Source: Methanomassiliicoccaceae archaeon (GTDB lineage Archaea > Thermoplasmatota > Thermoplasmata > Methanomassiliicoccales > Methanomassiliicoccaceae). Taken from it: a stretch of DNA of 64,000 bases. The position numbers and the translations under genes were made by a program. This document shows positions 46,168 through 55,442 of this stretch, piece after piece. The notes under the pieces are model-generated. The model made no database searches. It saw nothing but the letters and a program-made list of their open reading frames with translations, and was not told where the DNA came from. The stretch lies in assembly GCA_040776945.1 (NCBI GenBank), contig JAXGZN010000001.1:512001-576000 (forward strand). The letters run 5' to 3'. Within the stretch, counting starts at the first letter, position 1. Each line of letters begins with the position of its first letter.

Positions 46168-46378
46168 GTCCAAGCACACATCTTGGTCACTTAAATCATT
46201 ATCGCAGGCCCCTGCCGCCCTTCCCAGGTGCACCATTTCAACGGGCCGGCGTGGACCCGGGGGGCCGCGCAAATATCATAAGGGTAATGATATACTGCGA
46301 AAAATATGGTTGCAAGCAGCGTTAGTCGTTTTTCTTAAGCATCTTATCGTAATCCATCTGCGATTGTCGAAACTGACT

Positions 46379-46400
46379 TTCGGTAAAGATTTATACCGAA
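46379..46400 (+). promoter_or_regulatory. Palindrome overlapping the acs TATA box
   Basis: TTCGGTA-AAGATTTA-TACCGAA containing TTTATA, 40 nt upstream of the acs ATG. Confidence 0.5.
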
Positions 46401-46440
46401 TCACATTTCCTTATCCCAGTTAGATTTGGGAGAATTTGGC

Positions 46441-48159
46441 ATGGAGGAGTTCATACCATCCAAGCACAAGGGAAATCTCCAGGATTATGAGGCCGCTCTG
46501 AAGGAGTTCACCTGGTCCTCGGTCGACAAAGAGTTCGACTGGCACACGGGGGGCACCTATAACGTCGCTGCGGAGGCTATAGACCGCCACGCTCTGAACT
46601 GGAGGAAGAACAAGATCGCCCTGTATTCAATAACTGCCAGCAACGAGGTGCGCAAGTACACCTTCGGCGAGATGGCAGAGATGACCAATAAGCTCGCCTC
46701 CGGGCTTGAGAAGCTCGGTGCGGTCAAGGGCGATCGGATCTTCGTCTATCTGGACCGGACCTCGGAACTGTATATGGCCATGATCGCGATAACCAAGATG
46801 GGGGGCATAGCCGGTCCGCTGTTCTCCGCACTTGGTCCGGAAGCGGTGAAGGACCGCGCGCTGGACAGCGGCGCACGGTTCGTCGTCACCTCGCCATACC
46901 TGTACAAGCGGCTGGAACCAGTACTAGACGATATCGTGGATGTAGAGAAGTACATCATCGTCGGCGACAATTCCGACCTCGGCGAGGACACGATCAACTT
47001 CGACGAGGTCATGGCCTCCGGCGACCCAAGCTACCAAACGGTCAGCATGGCGCCTACCGATCCGTATATCATACACTACACCTCCGGCTCGACCGGCAAG
47101 CCCAAGGGAGTGCTCCTTGGTCATAAGTCGATGGTACAGCAATGGTTCACGTCCCGCAACATCCTCGACCTCCGGGAGGAGGACACCTACTGGTGCACCG
47201 CCGACCCCGGATGGGTCACTGGCACATCCTACGGCATATTCGGCCCATGGTACCTGGGAACGACCATCGTATCGTACGAAGGAAGGTTCGACGCCCGGAC
47301 GTGGTACGGGATCCTCCAGAAGTATGGTGTTACTGTCTGGTACACGGCGCCGACAGCCCTCAGGATGCTGATGAAGGCCGGAGACGACGTGGTCAAGGAG
47401 TTTGACTTCTCCAAGCTTCGCCATATCTGCTCGGTCGGAGAGCCTCTCAACGCGGAGGTCGTGCGCTGGGGGATGAAGGTTATGGACCGCCGCATCCATG
47501 ATACATGGTGGCAGACCGAGACCGGTGCCCAGCTGATATGCAACTATCCGTGCATGACCATCAAGCCAGGCTCGATGGGGCGCCCGATTCCCGGGGTCAT
47601 CGCCTCGGTTGTCGACGAGAATGGCGTCGAGGTCCCCCCGAGGAAAGAGGGCTTCCTGGCGCTCCGTCCCGGCTGGCCGTCGATGATGCTCGGCATATGG
47701 CGGAACACCCCTAAGTTCAAGGAGTACTTCCGTGTGCCGGGGTGGTACATCGCAGGAGATCAGGCCTATAAGGACGAGGACGGCTACTTCTGGTTCCTCG
47801 GGCGTGCCGATGATGTCATCAAGACCTCTGGCGAGCGCCTCGGACCGTTCGAGGTGGAGTCAGCCCTGATCGAGCATCCCGCGGTTGCCGAGGCCGGGGT
47901 CATCGGCAAGCCCGATGAGCTTCGCGGTGAGATCGTGAAGGCGTTCATCACACTGAGGCCGGGGAACACCCCCTCCGACCAGCTGAAGGAGGACATCACC
48001 AAGTTCGTGAAGACCCGGCTGGCATACTATGCGTACCCGAGGGAGATCGAGTTCGTCGAGACACTGCCGAAGACGCGCTCTGGTAAGATCATGAGGCGCG
48101 TGCTCAAGGCCAAGGAGCTGGGGCAGCCGCTCGGCGACCTGTCAACGCTGGAAGATTGA
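46441..48159 (+). CDS. acs: Acetyl-CoA synthetase (AMP-forming)
   Basis: YTSGSTGKPKG, ADPGWVTG, DTWWQTETG, GRADD, LPKTRSGKIMRR. Confidence 0.94.
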   Translation: MEEFIPSKHKGNLQDYEAALKEFTWSSVDKEFDWHTGGTYNVAAEAIDRHALNWRKNKIALYSITASNEVRKYTFGEMAEMTNKLASGLEKLGAVKGDRIFVYLDRTSELYMAMIAITKMGGIAGPLFSALGPEAVKDRALDSGARFVVTSPYLYKRLEPVLDDIVDVEKYIIVGDNSDLGEDTINFDEVMASGDPSYQTVSMAPTDPYIIHYTSGSTGKPKGVLLGHKSMVQQWFTSRNILDLREEDTYWCTADPGWVTGTSYGIFGPWYLGTTIVSYEGRFDARTWYGILQKYGVTVWYTAPTALRMLMKAGDDVVKEFDFSKLRHICSVGEPLNAEVVRWGMKVMDRRIHDTWWQTETGAQLICNYPCMTIKPGSMGRPIPGVIASVVDENGVEVPPRKEGFLALRPGWPSMMLGIWRNTPKFKEYFRVPGWYIAGDQAYKDEDGYFWFLGRADDVIKTSGERLGPFEVESALIEHPAVAEAGVIGKPDELRGEIVKAFITLRPGNTPSDQLKEDITKFVKTRLAYYAYPREIEFVETLPKTRSGKIMRRVLKAKELGQPLGDLSTLED

Positions 48160-48291
48160 GGGGGCCGCCTCGGCCGGCCCTTCAAACCCCTTTATCATCC
48201 TTTTATATCGGGCCTCTCCAGAGAGAGGGTGAGCGGACGCCGCTGTTGATGCGGCGCTGTAAAAATGTGCTCTAAAATATTGGAAATGGTT

Positions 48292-48684
48292 TCAGAGAAG
48301 GCTCCGGGGGACCTTGGAGAAAAGCTCCTTCCATGATACGAAGCCTATCATCTTCCCATCCTTATCGACCACCGGCAGTCGGCGAACGTTCTTGTCGTTC
48401 ATAATCGCCAGCGCATCCGATACCTTCATTGTCTCCGGCACGGTCTGGACCGGTGAGCTCATGACCTCGGACACCTTGAGATGCAGGAACTTGGACTGGT
48501 TGGTCAGGTAGCGCCGCAGCACGTCCCTCTCGGTAAAGATCCCGATGACCTTTTCTTTGTCGTTCACCACGATGACGCTGCCTTGGTCATGGTCCACCAT
48601 AAGCTCTATGGCACTGAGGACGGAATCCTCCGGGGATACTATCTCCATCTTCTGAATCATGTAGTCTTTGACGAGAGCGGACAT
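48292..48684 (-). CDS. CBS domain pair protein
   Basis: GIFTERD, VSEVMS, RRLPVVD..G..IG; GGAGG SD. Confidence 0.9.
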   Translation of the reverse strand: MSALVKDYMIQKMEIVSPEDSVLSAIELMVDHDQGSVIVVNDKEKVIGIFTERDVLRRYLTNQSKFLHLKVSEVMSSPVQTVPETMKVSDALAIMNDKNVRRLPVVDKDGKMIGFVSWKELFSKVPRSLL

Positions 48685-48951
48685 ATGCTCCCTCCTATAA
48701 TCGGTTCCTAATGACTCGAACGATTCATAAACTAATGGGTCCTCCTACCCGGGGGCTGGAACGACCGCGGCCGCCTCCGCTGCGAAAGGTGACCGCTCTC
48801 AACGATAATCCTTCGGCGGCTGCGATTCACGTTGTGACGCTGGAGCAAGGCACTGAACTGACCGTGACCAGTGCCGTTGGGCGACCTTATTATATCGTAG
48901 GCGAGAGTACCGGAGATGCTTTGCGCCCATGCCGTTCGTGGAGGGGGACGC

Positions 48952-49713
48952 TCATCGGCGTCCATTTTGCAGGCCGAACCATTCCGCGCGGTCCCTGGCC
49001 TTGTAGTAAGCGGGATCCATTCGTACCACCGCGATGGCGGCCAGTGGGCCGAGGGGCAGGAATAGGGGTTCCTCGAGCGTCGCCGCGACGGCGGCCGATA
49101 GGGCGAGCAAAGCGGCCGCGGATGCGTAACGCAGTCGATGGCCTCTCATCGCCCGGTCATAGTCATCGAAGAACTTCTCCTCTATTTCCGGCGGGCCCAT
49201 AACCGAGGCGAAGATGGCCGAAGAGTACAAGGTTGCATCGTACATCGCCCTGCGAGGGTCCCTCCTCGGTCTGACCGCGGAGATGCATTCCCTCACGAAG
49301 GCCGGGGAGCACTCTGCCATCCCTATCCCTTCGAGCACTGCCCTTCGTGGAGGAGGCAGATCGGCGATGTCGTCCTCTCGTGCATCATGCCTCCATCCTC
49401 CGAGACCGGTGTGGACACACTTGTCCTGGACATAATGCAGCGCCCGACCGATTGACTTGACCGCCCAGTAATCGTTGCCGTCGAGATATGCTCTCCGGGC
49501 CCTCCATGCATATGCCATTATCGTCCCGGTCGGAGGCTGGTGGTGGGGTGCCCTTCCAATATAGCTCCTGCCGCTTCTGCTGGTCCGGAACGCAAGATCG
49601 GGGCGCTTGTCAGGCTCGATCGAACCGGCACAGAATGCCCTCTCTAGGTCCTCAGGGAGACCCATCTCCCCCGATATAGCACGGGCTATGGCCGTATGAC
49701 TTTTCCACTTCAT
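48952..49713 (-). CDS. Zinc-dependent phospholipase C/P1-nuclease-like protein with C-terminal TM segments
   Basis: MKW..H, GSIEPD, HH, GRALHYVQD..VH, H..RE motifs. Start ATG 49713. Confidence 0.7.
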   Translation of the reverse strand: MKWKSHTAIARAISGEMGLPEDLERAFCAGSIEPDKRPDLAFRTSRSGRSYIGRAPHHQPPTGTIMAYAWRARRAYLDGNDYWAVKSIGRALHYVQDKCVHTGLGGWRHDAREDDIADLPPPRRAVLEGIGMAECSPAFVRECISAVRPRRDPRRAMYDATLYSSAIFASVMGPPEIEEKFFDDYDRAMRGHRLRYASAAALLALSAAVAATLEEPLFLPLGPLAAIAVVRMDPAYYKARDRAEWFGLQNGRR

Positions 49714-49774
49714 CCCATCCCGGAGCGGGCAGGGTCCGATGTAGTATATAATAAAAAAGGGGACCTGGCCGAAA

Positions 49775-50374
49775 ATGCCTTTCCTTCTGGCCATGGCCCT
49801 AGAGTTCCAGCGAATGCTTATCTCTCCGAGCTACATATTTCTAGGCGTGCCGCTGCAGCGCCTGTTCGTACGCCATGACTCCCGCCTGTTCTCCACGCTA
49901 TCGCCCGAGGATGCCGTCTCTATCACTGGCTCCTTCCTCTCCCAGGCCCAGTTCCATGTCCAATATGTGGCGCCGTACCAGATCCACGCTGAGCAGTTCT
50001 TCCAGAAGCTTGGCCTGCGCCGCGCTATGGACGTGTGGGTGACCAGACAGGACGGGTCGGCCGTGGTCACGGCGGAGATCTCCGCGACCCTGGGCGATGC
50101 CGAGGCGGCGGTGGGCCTCATAGGAGCGATCGCATATCTTCCCCTGGCGGCTGCGGTCGGCGCGGTCTCATACATTGATTATGAAAGGGACGCCAATGCG
50201 CTCCTGATGTCCATGTGGAGCTACCTAGGATCGTATGTGCCGACCAGCGGCGGGGAGCCTTCTGCGGGAGAGCGGCGCTGCGGCAATTGTGGGCTGGCGC
50301 TCGACCCCGATGCGCGGTTCTGCAAGCGGTGCGGAGCCCAGGCGGCTGAACAGACTGGCCGAGCTTTTGTCTGA
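49775..50374 (+). CDS. Hypothetical protein with C-terminal zinc ribbon
   Basis: RCGNCG...DARFCKRCG and a central hydrophobic stretch. Start may lie downstream (GTG 49847). Confidence 0.75.
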   Translation: MPFLLAMALEFQRMLISPSYIFLGVPLQRLFVRHDSRLFSTLSPEDAVSITGSFLSQAQFHVQYVAPYQIHAEQFFQKLGLRRAMDVWVTRQDGSAVVTAEISATLGDAEAAVGLIGAIAYLPLAAAVGAVSYIDYERDANALLMSMWSYLGSYVPTSGGEPSAGERRCGNCGLALDPDARFCKRCGAQAAEQTGRAFV

Positions 50375-50420
50375 CACTTGGCCGACAAGTTTTATAATGT
50401 AGAACAGATATTCTACGGTT

Positions 50421-50822
50421 ATGTCTCAGGATGGGAGAGGCAGCTCTATATTGAGCGGACAGACCGTAGGTTTCATTACTATCGCGGTCGGGTTCGCAGT
50501 GCTCATTTCGACTTATGCGACCGACAATTTCTGGCTGATCATACCGGTCGTCCTGATCGAGATCGGGTTCTATGGCCTGGTCATCGGGGCCTTCGCCGGC
50601 ATGCGGGGCGACAGGGGGCCGATCGGCGGGTTCCGCTGGGGCAACGACCCAGCATATACCATGTTCTGGGGAAGCCTGCTCGTGCTGATAGGAGCGTTAT
50701 GGCTCGTCAACGACGTCTGGCCTGACAACATCCCCGCGCTGATCTCAGTGTTCCTCATCTGGATCGGCATCGCCGTGATGCTCTTGACCCGGAGGGGAGC
50801 GACCAAGTCCAGGGTCTGGTAG
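50421..50822 (+). CDS. Small four-TM membrane protein
   Basis: TTTATAA box about 25-30 nt upstream; four hydrophobic helices. Confidence 0.75.
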   Translation: MSQDGRGSSILSGQTVGFITIAVGFAVLISTYATDNFWLIIPVVLIEIGFYGLVIGAFAGMRGDRGPIGGFRWGNDPAYTMFWGSLLVLIGALWLVNDVWPDNIPALISVFLIWIGIAVMLLTRRGATKSRVW

Positions 50823-51019
50823 GCAAGGAGAACGCTGAGCGGGCCCAGGCGACGAGTGCCCCTGGGACTATGAGGCCCCGGGCCCGCTCATTTCCAATTT
50901 TGCGGGTTTCCGTCAGCTGCTGCATTCGATAGTCCGCTTCTCCGTGCATCAGCGGTAAACCTTTTATCGCCTCCTCCCGGTCTTGTCCTCGAGGGATATC
51001 CGCGCATGCCAAGGAAAGA

Positions 51020-52405
51020 GTGGCGCTGGCCTCGGTCATCGCCGCTGTGCTTCTCACCGTTACAAAGCTTACGGTGGGCTTCTACACCAATAGCCTGGGC
51101 ATTATCTCAGAGGCGTTACACTCCGGCATCGATCTGATTGCCGCGGTCATGACCCTGTACGCTGTCAAAGCTGCCGCCCGCCCTCCGGACGCTGACCACA
51201 TGTACGGCCACGAAAAGATCGAGTCCCTGTCCAGCCTAGGGGAGACGGCGCTGCTGTTCGTGACCTGCGGCTGGATCGTCTACGAGGCCATAAATCGGCT
51301 GTTCTTCCATGCCGTGGAGGTGGAGCTGGGCATAAGCGCCCTTCTGGTCATGCTACTATCGGTCGCAGTGGACTACTCCCGTTCCCGAGCCTTGCTCCGC
51401 ACGGCCCGCAAATATAAGAGCCAGGCCCTGGAGGCAGATGCCATCCACTTCTCTACCGACCTCATATCCTCAGTGGTGGTCATCGTGGGCGTCCTGTTGA
51501 CCATGGCCGGGTTCCCCAACTTCGATTCCATTGCCGCCCTGGGGGTTGCCGCGGTGACCGCGGTTATCGGCTATAGGCTGTGGAAGAGGTCAGTTCACAC
51601 GCTCATGGACGGGGCGCCGGCCGGCCTCTCCAACACTGTCGCCCGAGAGATCATGTCAGTGCCTGGCATTCTAAGGATCGGCCGGATGAGGATCAGGGAG
51701 TCGGGCGCGATCACCTTTGTGGAGGCCACGGTGTTCATTGATCCGGTGCTCCCAGTTGAGCAGGGGCACCGTCTCACAGAGCAAGTGAAGGAGAGGGTCG
51801 GGTACGCCATTCCGAACGCCGATGTCATCGTGCACACCGCACCCCTGTGCATAGAGGATGCTTCCCTGGAGGACCGCGTCCGGGCCGAGGGCGCCACCAT
51901 GCCTGAGATCAGCAATGTGCATAATATCGTGATGACCGACGGGCCGGAAGGACGCCTTGTCGAGCTCCACATAGAGATCGATGGGGATCTCACGGTCGAG
52001 CAGGGGCATGACATCGCATGCCGTCTGGAGGAGAAGGTGATCGGACTGGACCCCTGCATAGTCCGAGTGGTGTCCCACATCGAGCCAGCGGGTTGCGAGA
52101 TGAGCAGTGGCAGAACCTCCACCAAGGAGAAGGAGAGAATATTGGAGACCATCGACCGGATCGCTGACCAGTTCCCGGAGATAAAGCGGTGGCGGGATGT
52201 GAGCGTCCACCTGACGAGCGGCGGCTATCGTGTCATCCTTTGCTGCCAGTTCGTTCCCCTGCTCAGCGTGAGCCGTGCCCATGAGGTGGCCACGCGCTTG
52301 GAGGGAGCGGTCCGCTCCCGGCACCCCGAGATCGACAGTGTGACCATACATCTCGAGCCGCTGGGCAGATCAATCGATGTCGGCGGCCAGGTTCCTAGAG
52401 AGTAG
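51020..52405 (+). CDS. Cation diffusion facilitator with three C-terminal dimerization-type domains
   Basis: EALHSGID, H.YGH.K.E, ADA.HF.TD. Three repeats of ..EQGH/AH.......H..P. Start uncertain. Confidence 0.9.
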   Translation: MALASVIAAVLLTVTKLTVGFYTNSLGIISEALHSGIDLIAAVMTLYAVKAAARPPDADHMYGHEKIESLSSLGETALLFVTCGWIVYEAINRLFFHAVEVELGISALLVMLLSVAVDYSRSRALLRTARKYKSQALEADAIHFSTDLISSVVVIVGVLLTMAGFPNFDSIAALGVAAVTAVIGYRLWKRSVHTLMDGAPAGLSNTVAREIMSVPGILRIGRMRIRESGAITFVEATVFIDPVLPVEQGHRLTEQVKERVGYAIPNADVIVHTAPLCIEDASLEDRVRAEGATMPEISNVHNIVMTDGPEGRLVELHIEIDGDLTVEQGHDIACRLEEKVIGLDPCIVRVVSHIEPAGCEMSSGRTSTKEKERILETIDRIADQFPEIKRWRDVSVHLTSGGYRVILCCQFVPLLSVSRAHEVATRLEGAVRSRHPEIDSVTIHLEPLGRSIDVGGQVPRE

Positions 52406-52795
52406 GGAGCACTTCTGAGGGTGGACCATGCCTCCCCGCTCCACGAACACCCGGAAGGTGCCCTTTTCCTCCTGCTCTATGTCCACTTCGTAGCCCTCCT
52501 CCTTGGCCTTGACCCTTTCCACCGTGCCGTTCCCGATGAACTCCAGCGCCCTCTCCACGGCCTCCCGCTGAGTGATGTTCTTGCCTGGCGGTATATCGTC
52601 CAGGTCTTCCTCGAAGCAATGCCGGGCGGTGCCCTTGCGGTCGATCACGACACCGCGGTCCCCCTTTCGCGTATGGAACTGGAAGTAGTGGTCCTCTCCC
52701 TTCTCATACCTGGCCACAACGGCATCGTGGTCCCCGGTCCGGTCCGCCACGCAACGCCTGGCGACCCTGAGGGCCTCGTCGAAATCTATGTCCAT
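52370..52795 (-). CDS. PepSY-like tandem-domain small protein
   Basis: IDFDEALRVA... and ITQREAVERAL....G.V..V......YEVDI repeats; no signal peptide. Confidence 0.6.
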   Translation of the reverse strand: MDIDFDEALRVARRCVADRTGDHDAVVARYEKGEDHYFQFHTRKGDRGVVIDRKGTARHCFEEDLDDIPPGKNITQREAVERALEFIGNGTVERVKAKEEGYEVDIEQEEKGTFRVFVERGGMVHPQKCSLLSRNLAADID

Positions 52796-52837
52796 GGTGC
52801 ATCGGGAGATATTTGGAGGCGGTTGGAGAAATAGGTT

Positions 52838-53947
52838 TCACTCCGCCTTGGCCGGAACATTGTCCTTGAGGCAGCGGACCATGTAGGAGGCGATGTCCCG
52901 GATGCCCGTGCCGTCCCTCCTCATAGCCTCCATCAGCTCGGCCAAGCTGCCCTCCTCGATGCGCTTTTCGATCAACGGCAGGTATGCTAGCTCCTCGGAG
53001 GTGGCGGCCCTGCGCGCGGCGCCGTAGAGCCTGCGCAGCTCTGGCCGGCAGGAGGCCGTCCCATTGCGGATGGCGGCCTCGTTGACCTCGAGCAGCGATC
53101 CGTGGTCCTCCTCTAGCTCAATATCGGACCTCAGCAGGGCTAGCACGAACGCGGTGATGGCCATGTCCGAACGGATGCATTCCTGTTCGTCGCAGGCCTT
53201 CAGCTCTATGCACTCCCGATGATAGCGGACGATCACCCCTCGGGAATCGATCCATTCGTGACAGAGAACGTCGCCCCCGATCGCCCGAAGCTCCGAGTAT
53301 ATGGAATCGATGATCTCGTCGTGATGCGCCCGGGACCTTAGCATCTCGGGGATCAAGTTGTTGCAGATGGCCGGCACCCGGCTCTGGTTCTGCCGATAGT
53401 ACATAAGACGGTTGTCCATAACACTGGTGCCCCGGCCCTCTACGAAGGGCGAGGACGCGGTCAAGGCGACCAAGTATGGGGTGAGCGCCCGGAGGCGATT
53501 GAACATGGACACCATCTTGCCCTCGCTGGCGTAATGAAGGTTGATCTGAAGAGCCTGGATGTTCAGCCATCCATGCTGCCTGAGGTCGAAAAGTCGATCA
53601 TATGCCTCATAGATCTCGTGGTCCTGGTGGTCCCACACCGATGTCTGATCGAGGGTGAGCAGGGGATGCATTCCCAACCCCAGGAGGGAGTATCTATGGC
53701 CGGTGGCCAGATGGAGCCGCCGCATTCCATCATAGAGCGTTCTTTCCAGGCCGGGCACTGAGGTATGGGGCACCGCTGGCACGATCTCTATGACGTTCTT
53801 CTGCAGCTCCTTGCTCAAGTTCACGCCCCCGAAGGGGACGTCGTTCTCCAACTTTCCATTGATGCTCTCGAGGATGCGGTCTACGATCGGCAGCGGCCTA
53901 AGGTCCGGGTCGTTCACCGACAGTTCGTGCTCAGTTCCCACGGTCGT
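52838..53947 (-). CDS. Glutamate--cysteine ligase family 2 (GCS2/GshA-like)
   Basis: VGTEHE, ELQK..IE, GMHP, ALQIN, ASSPF.EG, IELK..DEQ. Start ACG 53947 or GTG 53941. Confidence 0.88.
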   Translation of the reverse strand, partial: TTVGTEHELSVNDPDLRPLPIVDRILESINGKLENDVPFGGVNLSKELQKNVIEIVPAVPHTSVPGLERTLYDGMRRLHLATGHRYSLLGLGMHPLLTLDQTSVWDHQDHEIYEAYDRLFDLRQHGWLNIQALQINLHYASEGKMVSMFNRLRALTPYLVALTASSPFVEGRGTSVMDNRLMYYRQNQSRVPAICNNLIPEMLRSRAHHDEIIDSIYSELRAIGGDVLCHEWIDSRGVIVRYHRECIELKACDEQECIRSDMAITAFVLALLRSDIELEEDHGSLLEVNEAAIRNGTASCRPELRRLYGAARRAATSEELAYLPLIEKRIEEGSLAELMEAMRRDGTGIRDIASYMVRCLKDNVPAKAE

Positions 53948-54440
53948 TGGCGAACACCTCGTCCAGAGGTATCTCGGCGACCATGTCGGTCTCCGTCTCC
54001 TCCACACGGCACACGCTCTCCAGCTCTTCGGGGGGCAGCGACCTTACCAGATGGCTTATCTTCTCCACAGCCAGTTCGTACTGTTCGTTGAATACGGCAG
54101 GGTCGCTCTTGAGGAACGATACCAGCTCACAGATCCGTTCCCTCTTGATATGGATCTCCAGTTTGTCCCCGCGGACGTCGAAGGTGAAGGGTCCGGCCGA
54201 ACAGGTCTCCGGCTTTACGTTCTGTAGGCGGCAGCGGCCGTCCGAAAAACCCACGCAGAAGCCGGTGGACTTGCAGTCCAACATGCGGTGCTCGCGGAAC
54301 AGCACATCATCGATGGATATGCCATTGTCAAGCAGGATTGAAATGCGCTCCTCGGTCAACGGTGGACGGGCATAATAGCAGCATCGCCCCCCGCACCGGT
54401 CACATATCTTGGTCAGAAGGTCATAGGTGGCCTGGTTCAT
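53931..54440 (-). CDS. YkgJ family cysteine-cluster protein
   Basis: CDRCGGRCC, FC, C.L...KP.TC..GPF, final C. Start ATG 54440. Confidence 0.85.
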   Translation of the reverse strand: MNQATYDLLTKICDRCGGRCCYYARPPLTEERISILLDNGISIDDVLFREHRMLDCKSTGFCVGFSDGRCRLQNVKPETCSAGPFTFDVRGDKLEIHIKRERICELVSFLKSDPAVFNEQYELAVEKISHLVRSLPPEELESVCRVEETETDMVAEIPLDEVFANDRGN

Positions 54441-54790
54441 TCTACAGCACCTCTCGGGGGCCCCTTGCGGGAGGCCGAAGACCCGCCGATTGTCGGATAG
54501 CACCGCCTGTACATGACGCATCGAGGCTGTTAAGAGCGGTGAACCGATGCTTGCTATTTAGTTATTGCGCGACCGGGTCTGGCCCGCCATACTGCCGGCG
54601 TGCACCAGGCGCGCTCGGGGCCCGGGGCAGGCGCGAGGCGTGCCGGCCCCCATTATATCCACTGTCCCGATCCGGGCCGAAGGCATCGCCAGCGCTCGGC
54701 CAACGCGGCCCCAGGCCCGAACGACCAGGGAGCGCTCCGCCTTGTCCCTGCAGAAGTCATGGGGCAGCGGTCGTCCCGATCCTTGCCTGC

Positions 54791-55393
54791 TCAGGCCGCA
54801 CCCTGTTCCCGAAGGGCGCCTACGTCCGCCTGGAGATCATCCTCTCCTTCACCTCCCTTTTGGAGGGGGCGGCGGTACGCCCTCCAGGCCGCCGCCGCCG
54901 ATCCTGCCGAAGCTATGCCGAGCCCCGCTCCCAGGAAGGGCGCCTCGAAGCTGGGGGCCGGGGCCACGCTGCTACCTGGCCTTTCATTGGCACCTTCCAT
55001 CCCCATGCCGTCCTGGGAGGAGGACCCTTGGTTGACGCTCTCGGACCTAGTGGCCGCGGGCGAGGAGGCCATAAGCACCACTACCATAAGCGCCATGAGA
55101 CAGACCATGGATGTCGAGATCAAGATGACTATCTTGGTCTTGTCGTTGGGATTGAGTATGTCCCGGGACCTCCAGGTGAGCGCGTAATAGACGAACCCGT
55201 GGTCCTCTGCGCGGACGACGAAACCGCCCTCCTCGAGCTTCTTCAGGTGGCGGTACACGGCTGCCTTGTCGATGCCTAGCAGCTCGGCCAACTGTGACAC
55301 GGTGCGGCGGTTGGACTGGAGGGCCTTGAGCATCTCCAGCCTAGTGTCGGATGCCAGGGCGAACAGTGACCTCTTGTCCAGCTCCACCTTCAT
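54791..55393 (-). CDS. ArsR-type winged-helix regulator with two C-terminal TM helices
   Basis: FALASDTRLEMLK.L......VSQLA..LG.DKAAVYRHL..L...G, followed by hydrophobic segments. Start ATG 55393. Confidence 0.85.
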   Translation of the reverse strand: MKVELDKRSLFALASDTRLEMLKALQSNRRTVSQLAELLGIDKAAVYRHLKKLEEGGFVVRAEDHGFVYYALTWRSRDILNPNDKTKIVILISTSMVCLMALMVVVLMASSPAATRSESVNQGSSSQDGMGMEGANERPGSSVAPAPSFEAPFLGAGLGIASAGSAAAAWRAYRRPLQKGGEGEDDLQADVGALREQGAA

Positions 55394-55442
55394 ACGTGTC
55401 CCGCCCACCGACAGGACTTCCGAGGGCTTGAAACCTGCCTCT

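Noticed and set aside
46441-48684. acs plus CBS protein as an AcuABC-like acetylation system
   Set aside because: The genes are convergent, the CBS protein lacks an ACT domain, and no acetyltransferase or deacetylase is adjacent.
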